Shown: positions 50,526-61,952 of the stretch, in pieces
Layout: each line of letters opens with the position of its first letter
Position numbering within the stretch: the stretch's first letter is position 1
Assembly (NCBI GenBank): GCA_964188305.1
Contig: OZ076885.1
Direction: 5' to 3' (one strand)
DNA from: Podarcis bocagei
Taxonomy: Eukaryota
Length of the DNA: 64,000 bases
The notes under the pieces: generated by a model
Told to the model about the DNA's origin: nothing
The model's database searches: none
Seen by the model: only the letters and a program-made list of their open reading frames with translations
Made by a program: the position numbers and the translations under genes

Positions 50526-52395
50526 TGTTTTCCTTGCTTAAGAGTTTCAAGTTTTAATTTTTGGCCATGCCTACCTGAAGCCTCGACGCTTAACGTTTGT
50601 TTTATATGTTTCGCTCTCATTTTATCCGTCCAGTTTGGCCTTTAATTGATGCAAAATGGACCCACCGCTTCTCCCTCCCCCGCCCTGCTCTCCTTCTTTT
50701 TTTAAGCCAAATTCTTTTCTCACTCGTCCCCTTTATTGCTCGTTGCGGAAATCTCTTTTTCTGCCACCAGAAGGTGTACAATATAACCCAATTAAGCTGT
50801 TTAGACCCCGAGCTTTTATGGTGTTGTCTAGACAGTTCAAGGTTTTGTAAACAGCCTAGCTAGGTCGCGCAATATAAAAGTAGAGGCGAGGACCTCCACC
50901 AAACCCTTCTCGGAAAAACAGTAATAATTATAAGAATAATAATGATAATGAAGAATGGGCAGCTTGGTGGCTAATTAGATTATTTCTCCCGTTCCTTTGT
51001 GTGTGTGTGTGAATATAGGGTGGAATATCAGGAGGCACCTTTTAAAAGATTTGTCCTCCTTATTCCAGTACCAGTCACCCATCCGTAATTAAGTTCAAGT
51101 TTTGGAGTGGGAAGTTTCGTTTCGACTGGAACTCTAAGTCGCTATGCTAGTTCGCTTCGCCTCCCCAAAGTTCATTAGAACTTTGTACTACAGTGGATCT
51201 GTTATCCACTATAAGTCGGATCAGGATGTGCTTTACAATATAGCGCATTTTTAAAATACAGGATATGTTCCAGACAGAGTTTTAAAAGCAACACCTTTTA
51301 ACTCCCACTTATTCAAATGGCATAGATTTACATACATATTTTTCCCCCAGGCTGACATGTTGAGTTTTCCCCTTAAAATAACAAAACCTGGGTAAGCCCG
51401 CCGGGGACGTTGCTCCTGTTTTGGGGTTTTTTTTAAAAAAAATTATTCTCATTATAGCGGAGAAAGAGAGAACGAACAGGTTTTTTTTCCTTTGAAATGT
51501 AGGGGCAGGAGGGGAGCACATAACGGTGGGTCGGACCACACTCTCAGCTATTAGTCGATTTCACTTGACACCAGCAGGGAGCCGACTATGGACCTTCAGA
51601 GATGGCACTGCTCATAACGCACGCGGAAAAGGCAACTTCAACCTTACTAGGAACCATTTGTTCACATGAGCAAGACAGTGTCCCGTGCTGCTTCTTTTTA
51701 AAAACAACCCCCCCCCCAAAAAAAAAGGCAATGCCAGATATATCTCTCTATACTGGCGTGCGTAAAGGTAGCTACCGAATTCACAGGGCCACCTTTTCGA
51801 CAACGACAACGAAAGGAGGAAGTTGAGAGGAGTCACTCTCTCCTATCTCAGACCCGACAGAAAGCGGGCCCAACACGGCTGTTCCATAACGCGCTTCTTT
51901 CTTAACTACCATCTACATTCGAGGTCTAGTAGCGGCCTCCGCCAGGAACTAAGGAGAAGTGGGTGGGTGGGAATTAAAGCAACACGGTGGGTAGTTTCAC
52001 CAAAGAAAAAGAGAGAGGATGGAAAGGGAGTGGAAATCCAGACAAAACGACAACCCCCAAACCCAAAACTCCAACGACACACAACAAGGTTAGAATGGAC
52101 TATTGGATTTACCCTCTCGGTTTCTGGTCCCCCTTTAGAGGATTCCTCTCCGCCAAGCGCCCCAAGACCTCTCGTGGACACAAGGGCTGTTTGGAAGAAC
52201 CAGATCTGTTGAGCATGGGTGAAATAAAAACAATAAAAATAACAATAAAGGGAACTTGTCCGCAGGGTGGATGTCGTGTAAACCTCTTGATTATTATTTT
52301 TTTGAAAATTATTATTCTTTTTTTGCACTCAGGTGGCAGGTTGGACCAGGGAGAGGGTCTTCTTCGCCTCTCCTTCTCCTCCCCGCTTAGTCCTC

Positions 52396-52631
52396 TCAAA
52401 ACAAGGGGTTCCCCGTGAAATACTGCAGTCGATCTCTGTTCAGTTTCTTTTCTTTCATCCGTCGATTTTGGAACCATATTTTGACTTGTCGATCCGTGAG
52501 GTTTAGCATCCTAGACAGCTGGAGTCTTTTCTCTTTGTTTATGTACACGTTGAAGAAAAACTCCCGTTCCAGTTCTCTTATCTGGTATTTCGTGTAAGGA
52601 CATCTTTTTTTCCGGGATCGCTGGGGAAGTG
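52396..52631 (-). CDS. HOXD11: HOXD11 exon 2 (homeobox); spliced protein about 332 aa
   Basis: [78 protein letters not shown]. Acceptor TCCAG|CA. Confidence 0.97.
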
Positions 52632-53172
52632 CTGGACATTCAGGAAAGGAAGAAAAAAAACACAACCCAATAATGATGATGATAATAATAATAATGAGGG
52701 AAGCGGGGTGGGAGACAGAAGGGGGAAATTAGGAACGAAGAAATTAAGAAGCTGACATATGTTGTCCCACTCAGAACACTTTCAAGCAGAGCTACACTTC
52801 CTAAGGACTTACTGTAACTATTCCCTTACTCCCTGAGAAACCGACCACTGAAACATCCAGGGAGTTTTCTGCCTCACGCTAGTCAACTTTGTCAAAGTGG
52901 TTTTTGGGAGGTGTGGGTGGAAGAAGAAAAGATGGAAATAATAATAATAATCGACGTAATCCCAAGCTTATACTACCCAACTCCATTTACAGGACTGAGA
53001 GAAGGGCATAAGTGGAATTGTTTGAAACTGACTTTGCAAAGTACACCTCTACCCGTTCGGTTGGGACCCTGGTTTTTCCCCCTCCCCTTCCACAGTAGAA
53101 TGGTTTGCCGAAAAGAATCCTGCCTCTCTCAAATGTCAGTCCCAAGTCCTGCCCAGACAAGATCCCCACTGA

Positions 53173-53175
<3 letters not shown>

Positions 53176-53222
<47 letters not shown>
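53176..53222. repeat. (TA)n microsatellite flanking the Penelope-like insertion
   Basis: Direct reading. Confidence 0.95.
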
Positions 53223-53224
<2 letters not shown>

Positions 53225-53419
53225 TTTCGTAGATTTTCACGGGTACAGGAATGTAGGTTTTGGTGTCTTCGGGTGTCTTCCCGTGTAAGAGTTGGGGTGT
53301 CTAGGCGACGTTTCGACGAGGTCTCACTCGTCATCTTCAGGCTGGTGCACCAGCCTGAAGATGACGAGTGAGACCTCGTCGAAACGTCGCCTAGACACCC
53401 CAACTCTTACACGGGAAGA
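53223..53419. mobile_element. Penelope-like retroelement end present as an inverted pair (perfect palindrome 53276-53419) in the HOXD11 intron, abutting (AT)n
   Basis: 72-nt arms are exact reverse complements around 53347/53348. Each arm contains CTGAAGA-T-GACGAG(TGAGAC)CTCGTC-GAAACGTC, typical of Penelope pLTRs. The left copy ends ...ACCCGTGAAAATCTACGAAAGC into (AT)n; the right copy runs into an N gap. Confidence 0.7.
53351..53392 (+). ncRNA. Minimal type-I hammerhead-ribozyme-like motif (mirror copy on the minus strand at about 53303-53344)
   Basis: Core CUGAAGA at 53355-53361, 6-bp stem II GACGAG/CUCGUC, GAAA at 53381-53384, palindromic ACGU in place of stem III, GUC triplet ending at 53388. 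Stem I has only about 2 clear pairs, so activity is uncertain. Confidence 0.5.
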
Positions 53420-53559
53420 NNNNNNNNNNNNNNNNNNNNNNNNNNNNNNNNNNNNNNNNNNNNNNNNNNNNNNNNNNNNNNNNNNNNNNNNNNNNNNNNN
53501 NNNNNNNNNNNNNNNNNNNNNNNNNNNNNNNNNNNNNNNNNNNNNNNNNNNNNNNNNNN
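53420..53559. other. Assembly gap (140 N) in the HOXD11 intron
   Basis: Run of N directly after the palindrome. Confidence 0.99.
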
Positions 53560-53973
53560 AACACCCCACCCCAAAACTTTGGGAGCTCTCAGCCTCCCAA
53601 TCAACAGTTTCGTCACAATTAACATCCTCCTCCAAGAACATCTATAAGTTACCCTCAATGGGTTTCCTATCGTAAACACGCTTTACAACGGTGAGGGAAA
53701 CCTTATAGGATATATAAAAGCCCTTCGGATGCTTATAAAATCTCACATAAAAAAGACCTCGGGCTTGACAAAGTGGTGGCCTCGTGCTCCCTCCCTCCCT
53801 CTCTCTCTCCCACCCACCTACCCACCCATCCTCCCTCCACCCACCCCACCCCTCTCAATTTTTGGCTTTCCTCTCGCTCCCCGCCTCCCCAACTTAGCAA
53901 ATAAATAAATAATCAACAGCTCGGGAAAGCGGGGCTGGTCGTGTGGCTCTGCCGACTGGGCGCCTCTCCTTAC

Positions 53974-53979
53974 CTGAAG

Positions 53980-54023
<44 letters not shown>

Positions 54024-54736
54024 TCCGGTCTGGCCTCCCCCGACGGCGACTCGGCGCTGCCCTCGCTTGTCACTTTCTTCTCCTGGCCGGGCAGCGGGGA
54101 AGCTTTGCCACAAGTGTTGCTGGCGAGCTTGAGGTCGCCCTTGTCGCCCTCTGGCTCCGGGTAGGGGGTGCCTCCTCCGCCTCCGCCGCCTCCGCCATGC
54201 GCCGCCTCGTAAAACTGGTCGAAGCCCTGCGGGAGGATCCCGTTCCTGCCCACTGCGCTGTAGAAGTTGGCGGCGGCGGCGGCGGCCGCAGCAGCTGCGG
54301 AAGCGGCGGCGGCGGCCGCCCCGTGGTGGTGGTGGTGGGCTCCGCACACGGGATCTGCCTTGAAGAGCACGTCTGTCCTGCGGGCGGCCGGCTGCAGAAA
54401 GTCCCTGCCGTGCATCACCTCCTCGTAGTAGCTGCTGGGCGCGTAGCTGCCGCCTCGGTAGGGCCACTTGCCGCCGCCGCCTGCGCCGCCGCCACCTCCG
54501 CCGCCTCCCGCGTAGTCCCTGAACGCCGCCGCCGCTTCGCGCACCGGTTGCACATGGGGAGGCAGGTTGGAGGCGTAAGGGAAAGTCATTTGACAGGAGG
54601 GCGACTGGGACAGGAACGGGGGCTTGCCGGAGAAATCCGAGGAGGAGACGTAATAGGCGGCGGCGGCGGCGGCGGCGCACCCGGGGAGGTACATGCTGGA
54701 TGCCCCGTGGCTGCCGCAGTCGTCAAAGTCACTCAT
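53974..54736 (-). CDS. HOXD11: HOXD11 exon 1 (763 nt)
   Basis: [51 protein letters not shown] are Hox11 N-terminal motifs. Donor TCAG|GTAAGG at 53974/53973, phase 1. Confidence 0.96.
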
Positions 54737-55639
54737 GTCTTCTCCTCCTCCAGCTGCTGCTGCCTCTGGGCGAAGGCGAGCAGGCAGCGGCAGCAGCAGC
54801 AGCCGAGCCAGCGCGTGGGAGCCGGAGGAGCCCCATCTATCTGCGCGCGAGGCTTTGGGCAGGAGCAGCCACCACCAAGGGGGGAAAAATCCCACCGTGT
54901 GCTGACGTGCAATTCATCTTGATTGATTCGAGTGGTAATTATGTCACGTGACGGCAGGCGATGGTAGAAATGTCCTTATATCTAGGAACGGCTCCCCTTT
55001 TCGCCCGCCTGCCTTCGCCAGAGGTTCCTTCTCTCCAAGAATGCCCTTCTTCCGAGAGCTTCCCAGATCTCTCGCTCACACACACGCGCGCGCGCGCTCT
55101 CTCTCTCTCTCACGCGCAAAACAGGCACAGGTTTGGACAAATAGGACCTTTTCCAGCTCTTTCTCTCTCCCCCCCACCTCCCCAAACTCCACACACACAC
55201 ACTCTCTCCCCTTCCCCTCCTCCTCCTCCCCCCCGTTTCACCCCCCTTTCCCCAACCAGGAGTCTCGATAAGCTATAGGTAGGGCAGCAAATCACCTGGG
55301 AATGCCATCCTTTGCCCAGATTCCTGCGCGCATACATCTCACATGCACAGCCCAGACCTATATATCCTAGCATAATCCTCCACAGAACTGGAAAAGAGTC
55401 AGGCACACAAAGCCTACGACACCATGTCCTGGTTTGAGACACAAACAGGAATAGTTTGTATTTCTATAAAAAGAACAAGAACAAACAGTCACCGGAAATG
55501 CAGTCAGGAAATGCTTAAGGGCCAAGAAGGTGTTTAGGGAGAATATCTCTCGCTTTCCAGACTTTGCAAAGCATCTGCCAATATTTACCCTGATTGGAGC
55601 ATCCTTTCTCCTTATTAGAAAAAATCATGTAGCTTGTTG

Positions 55640-55641
<2 letters not shown>

Positions 55642-55717
<76 letters not shown>
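55642..55717. repeat. Compound (TC)n(AC)n microsatellite upstream of HOXD11
   Basis: Direct reading. Confidence 0.95.
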
Positions 55718-55720
<3 letters not shown>

Positions 55721-58514
55721 TGCTTGATAGCTAGCTAGCCAGCCAGGGTGTCTTGTAGCAAAACCAGGACGTTTCCCCTGTTTCATTTAATATAACGCAG
55801 TTTTTCCAACTCGAAATTCTGTTGCTTGCTTCCCTTCCCTACTTCACGATGTCATTTTGTACCGGACAGAAAGAAAGAAAGAAAGAGCGAGAGAGGGAGG
55901 GAGGGAGGGAGGTAATATGGAATGGGGACTAGGTCTATCTGTCTATCTGTCTAATCGATGCAGAGTCTTATATATAGGCATCCACTTCCACCGCCACCCG
56001 TGTTTCATCGAAGTGTGAGCCTCGTTTCCGAGCGCCTGTTGGACTGACAGAACCCTCGGCTGCATCAGACATCTTAGGGTGGGGCAACTGCCCCAGCACA
56101 GTCGCTTCCTTCTGAAAAGCAACACTCAGATCCACGCAGAAACACACCGCAGCTTCAATGTCACTTGAAGGGGGTAGGGACGGGGGAAAGACACAGTATT
56201 TGAGAATTAAATTCCGAAACACAGAACCGCACAAAGCACCTTCAACTCGCGGTTGTGCGGTTGGAATCGCTCCCTCGCCCTTCTCCCTTTCCTTCTCCTT
56301 CTACACATTCAAGGCGCATGAAATGAGCGAGGGCACATTAAATCAGATACACACCGAGAATCCCCACGGAAGAAGAGGCACATTTCTTCTGACAACAGGT
56401 AATAACAGAAGACCGGTTCTTTCCTCCCGGTTCTTTCCTTTGGCTGTAGTACAATGTCAAGTTTAACCCCACAACTTTGTTTCTCCTCCTGGTCGAAACA
56501 GTACCAGAACACCGTCGCTTTACTAAAGACAACAAGCTGGAAATCCATGTCTATTTCCCGTCCTTTCCCACTCCCCAACTTCTGAGGGCTATTAATAAAA
56601 TAAGATAAAGAGGACATCTAAGATTATTATCCAAGATACTGATAGTAAAATGAGATGGAATTTATTTTCTCTTATGAACCGTAGCCAGGAGCACGAAAAA
56701 GAAACCAAAAAACCTCGAAAGAAATTGGATTTCAAGGCCATCTAATATGACTTTCTGAAGGGGGGGAGAGAATGATTTTTTTTAATTATTATTTTAAAAA
56801 AACACGCATTCCGGTCTCAACCTTGTAACGTCCTATGCATTCAATCCTTTAGAAGCACGAAGGAGAATTAAAACAACGAGGCTAATCGTAGTCAGACGGG
56901 TTTAAAAGCCTTAGTTCAGTGTGGGCTTTCGAGCTGGCTAAATAGGTGTAGGATTGGAGCAGTGTGTGTGTGTGTGTGTGAAGATTTGTGTGTAACACAC
57001 ACACAAATACACCTCCCAAACAGGAAGAGAATACGAGATATTATTATTATATACTTTGTTATATTGTTTTACATCAATGAGAGGCTTATATGGATATATA
57101 ACGACACATATTCGTTTGATGTCCTCGATAAATCCCAAAATGACCAAGTATCTTGGACAAGGGTGCCTCCTGATTGACATCCGCAGTGACTCACAAGTCC
57201 TAAGCCCTCTTTTGCACTTAGCTCTAGGAAGGAAGCTGAGAAGGTAGGAGAAATACCTTCATCTCTAAAGCCTAACCAAGCCAAGTCCCAGCTTCCCCAT
57301 ATATGAACCTCGTTCCTAATTAAAAAATAGAAAACAAAAGGGGTGGGGAAGTAGAAGGAAGGGGAAGATCATATGCCCAAATGGTATCCAGATCTCCTTC
57401 GAGTGTCCACCATTTAACCATGGTTGCTTTGCTTGTATGACGCCCATCCACGAATCCCCACCACAAGCTCACACCAAACCTGCGCAACAGATCCGGGCAT
57501 AAACCAGCCGCACCACCCAATGTCCATTTAGCCAGACACAGTTCCACCTCCTTTCTTTCGAATGCTCACGCTTGCTTTTAGGTTTTGCTGCAATGAATGG
57601 GCTCCCCTCCCCTCCCAAATGTTGACTGCGCAGCTAAAATGGCCCCTGCGTCTCCTATCGCAATGGAGCGAGGCAAAGGCTTTCTCGCTTGCGCGGTTGT
57701 CTCCAATATATCCTCCAGACCAAGCGCCTCAGGATCATGCGGAAAAAGCAGACGATTCGATTCCAAAAGCAGACGATTCCCCCCCTTATTCGCCCCCACC
57801 CATCTACGCACCCTCCAGTAACCACACCACAGGAAATCAACATAAAGCTAATAACCGGCATCCTGTCGACCCCCACCCCCACCTCACCTCTCCTTTTCAA
57901 AAACCCTTGAATCAGCTACATATCTGGATAGGAGGCAACTAGTTTCCACCATTCCAAGTTCAAGGACACGGTGGTCGTTTGTTAATAAGGAAAAGGAAAC
58001 GAGCGGCTGGGGGGGGGAAGGAGAAAAAGACGCCCTCCACGATTCTTGCAAAAGACCACTTACAGTCTGGAAATGCCTATTAAACAAACCACAGCAAAAG
58101 AGAAGAATCTGGTGTCCTTGAGTCGCTCAAGGATTCCTACCCTGATTAAGACGCGAAGAGAAATCTGGGACTTTTCCACAGACGCGTCTTCAAAATGGGT
58201 CGCCCTTGTTCTATCCGGCGCGGTAGCATTTCAAACCCGGGAACTAGCAAACCAACACCCCAACCCCGCCGCGCCCGCCTGCAACGCGCAACATAGCACA
58301 GAAGGGTGGCTTTACCGTTCGGCGTCTTGCAAGGTCTGTCGTCGTTGCCTCCTGGAACTAGCCGGTTTTCCACTGCGAGTGACATCTCCAAAGAAGCCTC
58401 CGTGAAAAATTAGGACGGCTGGCATAACGGTGTCGGAGCGAGGGGGGTGGGGGCGGAAGAGAGAGAAGCAAAATATGCCTGGTCCGCCCGGAGAGAAGGT
58501 GCTGTATATTTGTG

Positions 58515-58745
58515 CCACCCAAGATAAGACACTAACTTGACCTTAACTTTGTTATGGCGCCCCTAGTATCTGGAGAACGTGAACAGACACTGTCTGGCAG
58601 CTCTCGTAAAAACTGACTGGAGAAGCGATTCTGAGTCATTTCATTTATGGCCACTACAGTTCTGCAAGAAAGCTTTTCCTCCCTGCCAAACTTTAATTAT
58701 TTATGCTCTTTTAGGAAACACAAAAGCGCCCAGAGCCATTTAAAA
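58515..58745. promoter_or_regulatory. Probable conserved non-coding element between HOXD12 and HOXD11 (candidate region X equivalent)
   Basis: Non-repetitive block with TGACCT, GTTATGG, CTCGTAAAA (posterior Hox), TGAGTCA (AP-1) and TTTATGG (Cdx/Hox). Assignment is by position only. Confidence 0.4.
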
Positions 58746-60428
58746 CAATCAGAGGGACGTTCCTTTTGCCTTATCAAACTCCCAGGCATTGCAAAAAGCA
58801 CCCCCGGCTTAGCCTATCAGAGCGAAGGACTCGTCCCCGCGACGCCAACAAGATGCGGATTTGGGGATTGACTCCAGGAGGAAGATGTATGTGGACATGT
58901 GTGTCGCTAATGAAGCCATACAATCGTGTTGGGGATGTGTGTGTGTGTGTGTGAAGGGGAGGGAGGGAGAGAGAGAGAGAACCTTATTTTCTGCACACCC
59001 CACCCTCCAAATCGCATCACACTACATACACACCACACCGCCACACACACACACACGTACATACACACCCCAACGCTGAATGCGGGTCATTTACAGCAGC
59101 ACCATTTCTTTCTGTGTACGATAAACAGAAAGAGAACAGCAGTCCTCTATCCTTCCAGTCAAGGATGGAGCTTTAACTGAGATGCCCCTCACAAAGCATT
59201 TAAATAAATAAATGCAAGATTAAGCTCTAGGCCAAGTAATGCTGCAATCCTACGCACATTTACCTCCGAGGAAGCCGTCCTGATGCCAACGGGAGCTCAC
59301 ACGCCTCCATGAGCATTGATTCCTGCTGTAAGAGGACTTGCTTCCCAGAAAACGTGCTTAGGATCGGAACCGGGTGCAAACCCCATTCGGAATCCACCAT
59401 GGGCAATTTGCCTATGGAGTCCGACAGCGTGTAAATTGCAGTTGATCGGCATGTGAGGATGCGCAGATACAAAGCTAACTCATGTGTGGTTATCGCCATT
59501 TTCAGATTTTTATCCACAGCAGCTATAACTGTTCCGAATTTAATGTCTAGTACCCTGTTTCTCTCTCTCTATATATAGATACCTCAAAGATAGCCCCCCA
59601 ACCTACCCCGTCCCTATGATCTTTTCCCTAGCTACAGTCACATATACAGGCATATATGGTGTCGACCTACCTAGAGCGGCCATGACACCGAGCGAACAGT
59701 ATCTGTCGCAATGCGCTTCTCCAGTGATATGCATTTTTGGAGCAGTTTACCGACCATTGTGTGTCTTGAGTGCTTGTACGCCTCGGAACCAACAGTTGTT
59801 GTTTTTTTGAACACGTAAATATCAGGAATATTTATTTCGGTGGCTTAATTAAAAAATACATGGACACACTACATATCATGTGCGTATACTGATACTGCTT
59901 CTTTCTCTCACTCATTTTATTTCACTTCTCGCAGACTAATTGCAAGTCCATAATCATCCACAACTGGAAACCAAATGAACTTCATAAAGAACGCATCGTC
60001 ATTTCTATATTTTCCGCCGCTAATGGTGCGATCTTGCACAACCGTTGAGCCTGGTGTTTGCAAGGAGTTAGTGAAAGAGAGAGTAAAATAATAATTATAA
60101 TAAAAAGAGGTCAGATGTGCTATTTGCGAGGTAAATCGCCTGTAGATGCTAGCAAAAATAATCTCAACATGGAAGGAAGTTGGTTGTATTCGTAGGATTG
60201 ATTTTCGTTAATTCAGTCTGTATTTTATAAACATTTATTTAGCGACTTAGAAAACTAAACAAGACCTTGATTACCTAATCAGCTCTGTTGTGCCATCCGT
60301 TGTCTAACGGGAAAAAATTGGGAATAGAGATGGAAAGGATTCGACCATATAATTGAAAAAAGAATCATTAGCTCCCAGTCATTCCATAACCATCATTGTT
60401 ATTCTGAGGCATCATTAAATATTTGTCT

Positions 60429-60431
<3 letters not shown>

Positions 60432-60486
<55 letters not shown>
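60432..60486. repeat. (TA)n microsatellite
   Basis: Direct reading. Confidence 0.95.
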
Positions 60487-60489
<3 letters not shown>

Positions 60490-61855
60490 ATCTGTTAGCT
60501 TTTTCTCTATAGCAGTATTCAGATATTTAAAAATATCGATTCCTTCTTAACCATGCTTATTGCTTAGACTTCTTTAAAAAGGGGGGGAATTGTAGATAAT
60601 CATTTTTAAGACAACAATGCACTGTAAATACCGCATTTCCCCCCCTTGCAAAGTGGAAATTGTTTAACACATCTGATAAACTGCTACGGCCATCTACAGT
60701 TAAATAACATCTCCGCTCAAAACCATGCCTGGCTGGGAAACATCTGAAGGAGGTAAAGTGCAAACATTTAGTTAATACTAAAAATGTAGATAATAAGCAT
60801 GAACTTCGTTTTAATTCCTCATTTGCGGGGTGGGTGTGAATGAATGAATGCCCGGCTTTTAGCTCTGGAGAGATCTGGAAACGTGAAGGATCAAAACAAA
60901 TCACTGATCAAGGGTTTAATTTGAAGATCAGGGAAAACAAATTTCATTTTATCCTTTGTGGCAAAATATATTTCTTTCCGCATTCGAGGCGTCTGAATTG
61001 TGAACTACTCTCTCGCTCTTAGAAAACTATTATTACACACAGTTATCAGATGAACATGAAATTATACCACAACCTCCACTCATATAAGCTTCATTAGTTT
61101 CCTTGTGTGCCTATAGAATCACGGTGTAAAGGAAAAACAGCCCCCAAGGTAGATCCCTGGCCAGTTGTGCTTAAAAACTTGCTGGCTTGGCGAGGAGTTT
61201 TGTTTTGTGATGTGTGGTGTGAGTGTTTGTGAAAGCAGGGGCTGGAAACAGGCGACCGAGATGGAGCAGAGATATTCGGAATGAGTCGCATCCTTGATTC
61301 CTTTGTGTCTTCCCTCCCTTTATTTTGCGCGCAGCCTTTGGACAAGGCCAAAGTCAAGCTAAAGAGGAAGGAAGGCTGCAAGCAGCCGAGACAGAGCGCT
61401 AAGCCAAGGGCAGCCGGGGCGAGGGGCAGTTTGGGGGGGGGGGGAGGCAGAACAAAACAGAAACAAACCGCAAATGGCAGACAGAGTGTCGGAGGGTGGA
61501 CGGTAGGGAAAGGAAGCGAAGATGTTTGGATAAGCCTTTGGAGGCGCGGGCCTAAGTTGTGTTCAGACTTAGGCCAGAAAGAAAGAAAGAAAGAAAGAAT
61601 ACTAGAAGGAGACTGGGTGCCAAAGGTGCGCCTCAGGCATGGCGGGAGGCACACGGAGAACAAAGAGACCTGTGGCACCGTCAAGACGACAATCCAGACT
61701 ATTTGGCAAGACAGAAGTTTCTGTGAAGTGCGGTCTACTTTGCCCAATGTCCTACATAACGATGGTGGTGAAATCTCCTGGGATTCAGGATCCCATTTGG
61801 TGTTGTATGTGGCGAACGGTTAAGAATGTGGACTGCCTTAAGAAAAGGTGGTCAA

Positions 61856-61952
61856 AGAATAGAATTGAAGAGCGGGAGGGACCCCGACGATCATCTAGCC
61901 CAACCCGCGGCAACGCAGGAATCTCAGCTAAAGCATACAGAGCAGATGGCCG
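61856..61952 (-). mobile_element. CR1-type 3' tail remnant between HOXD12 and HOXD11
   Basis: Aligns by eye with 7774-7838 (ATAGAATTG..GGA.GGG.CC..ATCTAG....AAC...GCAA.GCAGGAAT). Confidence 0.55.

Noticed and set aside
54197-54922. Long antisense or alternative-frame ORFs over Hox exon 1s (241 aa here, 236 aa at 53970, 216 aa at 34686, 184 aa at 25720)
   Set aside because: Expected by-products of GC-rich triplet repeats lacking stops; no recognisable domains.
58553-58570. CTCF-like GGCGCCCCTAGTA
   Set aside because: One G short of the core spacing and lacks the CCA half; not called.
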